The position numbers were made by a program, and so were the translations under genes. Shown in pieces: positions 58,359 to 64,000 of a stretch of 64,000 bases of DNA; positions within the stretch are counted from its first letter, which is position 1, and the number at the start of each line of letters is the position of its first letter. Origin of the DNA: an uncultured delta proteobacterium (lineage in GTDB: Bacteria > Desulfobacterota > Syntrophia > Syntrophales > Smithellaceae). The notes beneath the pieces were generated by a model that made no database searches, was not told the DNA's origin, and saw only the letters and a list, made by a program, of their open reading frames with translations. Location: contig CAVQAL010000003.1 of the NCBI GenBank assembly GCA_963710575.1, positions 149,372 through 213,371 of the forward strand. The letters are read 5' to 3'.

Positions 58359-60970
58359 ATAACGCAATGATTGAAAAACTGCTGCTTTCCCGTCAGAAAC
58401 TCATCGAAGAGTTACAGATTCCTGAACCCACTTATAAAGGAGAGGAAGAAGGCGGGTGCGGTGTCGTTGGTTTTTGCGCTACTGAACCGATTGCCGCCCG
58501 TCATATTCACGAGCCTTCCCGACAGATGCATAACCGCGGCAACGGCAAGGGTGGCGGAATTGCTGCCTTAGGTTTTATCCCCGAACAGCTCGGAGTTACC
58601 CGTGAAGTTTTAAACGACTATTACATGGTACACATAGCGTTTCTCGATAATTCGATCAGGCAGGAACTTGAACAAAAATATATTACTTCCTGTTTTGAGA
58701 TCAAAGCTTTCCGTCAGCTGGACACAGTTACCGACTGGACTACTATTCCTTCTTTGGAAGCGAAGCCTCCTGATGTCATGCGTTATTTTGTTCGCGTTAA
58801 GCCGGATGTGCTGGATGCCTTTATTTCCAAGAACAAATTAGACGGAATAAGCCGCGAAGAAGCGGAAGGCGAATTCCTAAGCCAGCAAAGCGTTAAGCTG
58901 AATCACGAATATTACGCTTCACTAGGTGATAAAAAAGCGTTCGTCATGTCTTTCGGCAAAAATATTATGATCCTGAAAGTCGTAGGGTACGCGGAGTCCA
59001 TTACCGATTATTATAAAATTGACGATTTGAAGGCTCATGTCTGGATTGCTCATCAGCGGTTTCCAACCAAAGGACGTGTCTGGCATCCCGGTGGTGCCCA
59101 TCCTTTCGGAGCAATGAATACCGCACTGGTCCATAATGGTGATTTTGCCAACTATAGTTCCGTCAGTGAATATCTTGCGCAACGTCATATTTATCCGCAA
59201 TTCCTGACTGATACCGAGGTTTCGATTCAGATATTTGATTTGTTGGACAGGGCCTATCACTATCCGTTGGAGTATATTATCGAAGCGCTGGCGCCTACGA
59301 CAGAAATAGATTTCGATAGACTTCCTAAAGAGAAACAGTCCGTCTATCGGGCAATTCAGGCAACTCATATTCATGCTTCACCGGACGGTCCCTGGTTCTT
59401 TATCATTGCCCATATCCTGGGGACAGCTGACAAATTTCAGCTCATGGGCATTACTGATACCTCAATGTTGCGTCCGCAGGTCTTTGCTTTTGCCGACGGC
59501 GCAGTGCAGGTCGGCTTGATCTGTTCCGAAAAACAAGCAATCGATGCGACATTGCTCAGTATGTCAAAAGATGACAGCCGTATTTGTCCGGTAGCCGACA
59601 AATACTGGAATGCCCGCGGCGGCAGTTCGGCGGACGGTGGATCATTTATTTTTACTCTTGAAAAAGACCAAGCCGGCAAATACCGTATGAATTGTACAGA
59701 CAAATTCGGGGTTCCGGTCAAATTGCCGTCCGGAGCAGAAGTTGTCGATTTATCAAAAGAAATAAATAAATCAGGTGCTGCTACCGATAAGATTGAAAAA
59801 GGACTTCGTGAGAACTTTGAAGCCGACAGTCAAAAGGTTTTTCGTCATATTATCGAAAAAATCGTTGATTGGTCCTTTGCTGAAGTATCATTTGCCTGTG
59901 AAACAGTTATTTCACTGGCTAAAGATTCAAATCAATTTGCCAAAGCAATTGAAATATTGACTCTGCTCAACGACCGGCGATACCCCACCGGCACAAAAAA
60001 ACGTAAGCACATTCTGCAAATCGTTCGCACCGCTTTGCACAAATTGTTTGGCCTTATTCCCTCGATCGGAGAAACATTGGCAAGTGAATTCCGGTCGATT
60101 AATCTTAAAGCGAAGGAACTTTTGAGAGAACCCCAGATTGGGGAGACGACTCTGGTGATCGATGCCCTGGGTTTCCCGCCTGAAGGCAACGAATCGAATT
60201 CCTCGCTTCTAATGAACGGTTACTTTAAAGGCTGGAAACATTTCATTGTTTATAACTGTGCCGGACAACGTTTTACCGGTTGCGGGCTTGGACCTCAAAC
60301 GGATAACGTTACTATCGATGTTTACGGCAGCGATGGCGATTACCTTGCTTCCGGTATTGACGGTCTAACTATTACCGTTCACGGCAATGCCCAGGATCAA
60401 TTAGGTCAGATAATCAAAAGAGGTAAACTGGTTATTCATGGCGACACCGGACAAACATTCTTATACGGCGCCAAAGGTGGTTCTATTTTTGTTTTGGGTA
60501 ATGCTGCCGGCCGGCCTTTGATTAATTCCGTGGGTAAGCCAAAGGTTGTGATCAACGGAACATGCCTGGACTTCCTCGCTGAATCTTTCATGGCAGGCGA
60601 TGTCTTTGCGGACGGCGGTTTTGTTATTTTAAACGCTATAACATTCGATGATAAAGGTAGCTTGATTGATTTGACAGAACCCTATCCGGGCGGCAATTTG
60701 TTTTCGCTTGCTTCCGGCGGCGCCATTTACGTCCGCGATCCTCGCAAATATCTTGTCCGCGAGCAGTTGAACGGCGGCAACTTTTTCAAACTGACAGACC
60801 AGGACTGGGAAACTATCCTGCCTTATCTCGAAGAAAATGAACGTTTGTTTGGAATCAAGGTATATGATTTGCTTACTGTCGACGGTAAACTTAAGCGGCC
60901 CGGTCAAGTCTACCGCAAAGTTGCCCCGGCCAAACTTTCGGGTACCGCACAAATCGAATCGGATGAATAG
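58355..60970 (+). CDS. fusion of a class II (Ntn) glutamine amidotransferase domain and a GXGXG beta-helix domain (GltB domains 1 + 4)
   Basis: ..EEGGCGVVGF.. carries the nucleophile Cys, with AHQRFPTKG and LVHNGDFANY. The C-terminus ..VYGSDGDYLASGIDGLTITVHGNAQDQLGQIIKRGKLVIHGDTGQTFLYGAKGGSIFVLGNAAGRP.. shows GXGXG repeats. An ATGA overlaps the upstream stop. Confidence 0.88.
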   Translation: MNNAMIEKLLLSRQKLIEELQIPEPTYKGEEEGGCGVVGFCATEPIAARHIHEPSRQMHNRGNGKGGGIAALGFIPEQLGVTREVLNDYYMVHIAFLDNSIRQELEQKYITSCFEIKAFRQLDTVTDWTTIPSLEAKPPDVMRYFVRVKPDVLDAFISKNKLDGISREEAEGEFLSQQSVKLNHEYYASLGDKKAFVMSFGKNIMILKVVGYAESITDYYKIDDLKAHVWIAHQRFPTKGRVWHPGGAHPFGAMNTALVHNGDFANYSSVSEYLAQRHIYPQFLTDTEVSIQIFDLLDRAYHYPLEYIIEALAPTTEIDFDRLPKEKQSVYRAIQATHIHASPDGPWFFIIAHILGTADKFQLMGITDTSMLRPQVFAFADGAVQVGLICSEKQAIDATLLSMSKDDSRICPVADKYWNARGGSSADGGSFIFTLEKDQAGKYRMNCTDKFGVPVKLPSGAEVVDLSKEINKSGAATDKIEKGLRENFEADSQKVFRHIIEKIVDWSFAEVSFACETVISLAKDSNQFAKAIEILTLLNDRRYPTGTKKRKHILQIVRTALHKLFGLIPSIGETLASEFRSINLKAKELLREPQIGETTLVIDALGFPPEGNESNSSLLMNGYFKGWKHFIVYNCAGQRFTGCGLGPQTDNVTIDVYGSDGDYLASGIDGLTITVHGNAQDQLGQIIKRGKLVIHGDTGQTFLYGAKGGSIFVLGNAAGRPLINSVGKPKVVINGTCLDFLAESFMAGDVFADGGFVILNAITFDDKGSLIDLTEPYPGGNLFSLASGGAIYVRDPRKYLVREQLNGGNFFKLTDQDWETILPYLEENERLFGIKVYDLLTVDGKLKRPGQVYRKVAPAKLSGTAQIESDE

Positions 60971-61000
60971 TTATTTTATTTCAGGAAAAGAGTATCGAAA

Positions 61001-61570
61001 ATGACGATAAGAATAACAAAACACAAAGCCACCGAAGACTTTTTAAAAGTAGTTCAGGAAAAAGCTGGTGTAAACCTAAGCTCCTGCTACCAGTGTAAGA
61101 AATGTTCCATTGGCTGTCCTGTTGCCGACCAGATCAAGTTGCCGCCTTCCGAGATAATAAGAGGCCTGCAACTCGGCGCTGGTGACGAATTATTAAATAC
61201 GGATCTCATCTGGACATGCCTTGCCTGCGAAACATGTTACGCCAGATGTCCTAATCGGATAAACTTTCCTGCTGTGATTGACGCCTTTAAGTCCATCGCT
61301 TTGGAAAAAGGAACTGCAAAACCGGCAGGTAGCGCACCTTTATTTAACCGTCTATTCCTGAACACGGTGAAGTCTTACGGCCGTGTGTATGAATTGCTGG
61401 CCATTGCCATGTATAAACTGGGCACCGGTAACCTTAAACAGGACATGGGTAAATTCCCCTTGATGCTGAAAAAAGGCAAAATAGCAATTCTGCCTCCGTC
61501 CGGCGCGAACAAAGATAAAATGAAACGTATTTTCAGTAAATCAGCACAAAACAAAGGAATGGAAAAATGA
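61001..61570 (+). CDS. hdrC: heterodisulfide reductase subunit C-like
   Basis: CYQCKKCSIGCP... and CLACETCYARCP are two 4Fe-4S motifs in the HdrC arrangement. Confidence 0.85.
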   Translation: MTIRITKHKATEDFLKVVQEKAGVNLSSCYQCKKCSIGCPVADQIKLPPSEIIRGLQLGAGDELLNTDLIWTCLACETCYARCPNRINFPAVIDAFKSIALEKGTAKPAGSAPLFNRLFLNTVKSYGRVYELLAIAMYKLGTGNLKQDMGKFPLMLKKGKIAILPPSGANKDKMKRIFSKSAQNKGMEK

Positions 61571-62439
61571 GATACGCATATTATCCCGGTTGCTCCGCTC
61601 ATTCTACTGCTCGTGACATGCATGAGTCATGTTTGGCGGTATCAAAAACGCTTGGCATTGAACTCAATGAAATTCACGGCTGGACATGTTGCGGCTCCAG
61701 TGCCGCTCATCAGACAGACCGGAAATTGGCGGTTTCGTTGGCTTCCGCCAACCTCCTTTTGGCCAAACAAATGGGTATGGACATGGTGGTCAATTGCGCC
61801 GCTTGCTACAACCGCTCAAAGACAGCCAATTATGAAATTATTAATTCCGAAAATGCAAGGAAATCGGTTGCCGATAGTCTTGGAGAAACTTATGACGGTT
61901 CGGTTCCTGTACGGCACTTTGTGGAGATACTTTTAAAAGACATCGGACCGGTTAATTTACGCAAGAAAGTTATTAACCCTTTAAAGGATCTGAAAGTGGC
62001 CGCTTATTACGGATGCTACCTTGTGCGTCCGTCGGAAGTAACCAACTTTGACGATCCCGAAAATCCAACAATTATGGAAAGCTTGATTGATGCAATAGGC
62101 GGTACTAATGTGGAGTGGTCAGGCAAAGTGGATTGTTGCGGCGGTATGCAAAATCTTACCCGAACGGAAATTACCGTCAGGCGGTCTGCGGCAGTAATAG
62201 ATATGGCTCAGGCTGCCGGCGCCGAATGTATCGTCGTTGCCTGTCCCATGTGCCAAGTAAGCCTTGATGTCCGGCAGGCTGACATGGAAAAACTTCTCGG
62301 CAGAAAATATAACATGCCGGTTATTTATCTTACGCAGCTAGTTGGTCTTGCTCTAGGACTTTCGCCCGCGGAACTCGGTTTTAACAAACTCATGGTGAGT
62401 CCTTTAGCTTTATTAAATAAAGTCAAAGCAGCAGCCTAG
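61567..62439 (+). CDS. hdrB: heterodisulfide reductase subunit B-like (two CCG domains)
   Basis: It starts MRYAYYPGCS.., followed by ..WTCCGSS.., ..AYYGCY.. and ..VDCCGG.. CCG motifs. An ATGA overlaps hdrC. Confidence 0.88.
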   Translation: MRYAYYPGCSAHSTARDMHESCLAVSKTLGIELNEIHGWTCCGSSAAHQTDRKLAVSLASANLLLAKQMGMDMVVNCAACYNRSKTANYEIINSENARKSVADSLGETYDGSVPVRHFVEILLKDIGPVNLRKKVINPLKDLKVAAYYGCYLVRPSEVTNFDDPENPTIMESLIDAIGGTNVEWSGKVDCCGGMQNLTRTEITVRRSAAVIDMAQAAGAECIVVACPMCQVSLDVRQADMEKLLGRKYNMPVIYLTQLVGLALGLSPAELGFNKLMVSPLALLNKVKAAA

Positions 62440-62490
62440 GAAAAGCTGCTTATTGATAACAGATGATTAACGACTACTTAAGGTTAGAGT

Positions 62491-64000
62491 ATGCATAAAA
62501 GTGAAAAAAAATTAACAGGCGCGGTTCTTGTTCAGGGCGGAGGTATTGCCGGTATTCAGGCGGCCCTGGACCTTGCCGATTCCGGGTTTAAAGTCTATCT
62601 TGTTGAGCGTAATGCGGCTATCGGCGGCATGATGGCACAGCTGGACAAGACGTTCCCCACCGGAGATTGCGCCACCTGTATCGTATCGCCTAAACTTGTT
62701 GAATGCGCCCGCAATATCAATATTGAGATACTTACCCTCGCTGAGCTCGTCGGTTTGGAAGGAGAGCCGGGACATTTTAAAGCTAAAGTTAAGGTTTCTC
62801 CCAGATATGTGGATGAAGCAAAATGCACCGCCTGCGGTCAGTGTACAGACGCCTGTCCGGTCAACGTGCCCAATCCGTTTGACCGTGAAATGGGTACCCG
62901 CAAAGCAATAGCCAAACTCTATGCTCAAGCAACACCGAACAAATTTGGCATTCTCAAAAACGGGCATGCCCCCTGCAAGGTAGAATGTCCGGCAAACATT
63001 AATGTCCAGGGCTACATCCAATTAATTAAGAAGAAGGAATATCTCAAAGCTGTTAATCTTATCCGGGAGCGAAATCCGCTATCTGCTATCTGCGGACGTG
63101 TTTGTACTCACCCTTGTGAAACCGAATGTACACGCAATGATATTGATTCCTCCGTCTCCATCAGATTATTGAAACGTTTCGCTTCAGACCAGGAAATGGA
63201 GATGGTCCGGTCCGGAAAACTGGCTCTGCCGGAAGAGAAGACCCCACCCGCTGGCGCCAAAAAGATTGCCATTATCGGCGCAGGACCTGCCGGCCTTACT
63301 GCTGCCGCTGATCTGGCCGACCGGGGTTATTCTGTGACAGTTTACGAAGCCACGTCTGAGGCCGGCGGCATGCTTCGTTGGGGAATTCCCGCTTACCGTT
63401 TACCGAAAGATGTACTGGGCTACGAAGTTGAGTTGATCCGACGCAAGGGAATCAAGTTCTTCTACAACACGCGTATCGGTGCGGGTATTTCCATGGAAAA
63501 ATTACGCCAGGAAAATGACGCTGTCTTTATCAGCGTCGGCACACAGAGCAGCCGTAATCTTAACGTCGCAGGTGAAGATAAAACCGGAATTGCCTACGGC
63601 CTGGAGTTCCTGCGCCAGGCCGGCGACAAAGATAATCGTCCCAAACTGAGCGGTAAGGTCGTGGTCATCGGCGGCGGCAATGTCGCTGTTGATGTAGCCC
63701 GCTCCGCGATACGCCTCGGCGCCGACTCCGTTGAAATGGTCTGTCTGGAACAGCGTTATGAAATGCCGGCCCTACCCGAAGAAGTTGCCGCCTCTCTCGA
63801 AGAGAACATAAGAATCAATAACGGCTGGGGTCCGAAACGTATTCTCGGAAACAACGAAGTCAGCGGAATCGAACTAAAACGCTGCACAAGAGTCTTCGAT
63901 GAAAGCGGCCGGTTCAGTCCTTCATACAACGAGAATGAAACGACCACATTAAATGCCGATCAAATCATCGTAGCCATCGGTCAGGCAATCGATCAAGAAT
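62491..64000 (+). CDS. hdrA: HdrA-like flavoprotein with an inserted GltD/NfnB-like Fe-S and NAD(P)H module, 3'-truncated by the window edge
   Basis: My translation begins MHKSEKKLTGAVLVQGGGIAGIQAALDLADSGFKVYLVERNAAIGGMMAQLDKTFPTGDCATCIVSPKL.., which is the HdrA N-terminus. It continues ..CKVECPANINVQGYIQLIKKKEYLKAVNLIRERNPLSAICGRVCTHPCETECTR.. and ..KKIAIIGAGPAGLTAAADL..GGMLRWGIPAYRLPK.., which is GltD/NfnB-like. There are no stops to position 64000. Confidence 0.85.
   Translation, partial: MHKSEKKLTGAVLVQGGGIAGIQAALDLADSGFKVYLVERNAAIGGMMAQLDKTFPTGDCATCIVSPKLVECARNINIEILTLAELVGLEGEPGHFKAKVKVSPRYVDEAKCTACGQCTDACPVNVPNPFDREMGTRKAIAKLYAQATPNKFGILKNGHAPCKVECPANINVQGYIQLIKKKEYLKAVNLIRERNPLSAICGRVCTHPCETECTRNDIDSSVSIRLLKRFASDQEMEMVRSGKLALPEEKTPPAGAKKIAIIGAGPAGLTAAADLADRGYSVTVYEATSEAGGMLRWGIPAYRLPKDVLGYEVELIRRKGIKFFYNTRIGAGISMEKLRQENDAVFISVGTQSSRNLNVAGEDKTGIAYGLEFLRQAGDKDNRPKLSGKVVVIGGGNVAVDVARSAIRLGADSVEMVCLEQRYEMPALPEEVAASLEENIRINNGWGPKRILGNNEVSGIELKRCTRVFDESGRFSPSYNENETTTLNADQIIVAIGQAIDQE

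Noticed and set aside
62512-63021. A 169-aa minus-strand ORF overlaps the start of the hdrA-like gene.
   Set aside because: The plus-strand frame gives textbook HdrA/GltD motifs with no stops to the window end. The minus ORF is a shadow.

Overview
The window reads as a Gram-negative chromosome at roughly 40-45% GC. It is probably an anaerobe of the Desulfobacterota type, inferred from gene content only. Most housekeeping genes lie on the minus strand.

(1) 1-10.0 kb: a classical translation and RNA superoperon, tRNA-Gly, rimP, nusA, infB, DUF503, rbfA, nrnA-like, truB, rpsO, pnp.

(2) 10.2-14.9 kb: a Pif1-type helicase with a WYL-like tail. A plus-strand run of small genes follows, separated by integron attC-like sites. 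These cassettes include BrnT/BrnA and VapB/VapC, and no integrase is present in the window.

(3) 14.9-19.1 kb: ubiE, hisD, murA, prmC.

(4) 19.1-24.7 kb: an accessory island that splits prmC from prfA. It holds two more cassettes, a papain-like peptidase, an IS110-family element and two repeat-bearing secreted proteins.

(5) 24.7-46.9 kb: prfA, rpmE and rho, then a long envelope block. The block runs trm112-like, two GT9 heptosyltransferases, gmhB, lpxL-like, lpxK, msbA, lpxB, gnnB/gnnA-like, lpxA, lpxD, skp, bamA, lolD, lolE, lysS.

(6) 47-52.8 kb: ssb, an aminotransferase, a GAF-domain sigma54 activator, citrate synthase and tRNA-Gln.

(7) 52.8-54.0 kb: an AT-rich decayed region with an internally deleted copy of the activator gene.

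(8) 54.0 kb to the window end: a plus-strand operon behind a sigma54-type promoter. It encodes MvhD, a frameshifted MetF, a split archaeal-type glutamate-synthase-like set (two ferredoxin-FMN-domain paralogues and a GATase::GXGXG fusion), HdrC, HdrB, and an HdrA with a GltD/NfnB-like insertion.

This last operon is the strongest candidate for a novel system. The attC cassette array and a dispersed hairpin-repeat family are the other main non-routine signals.
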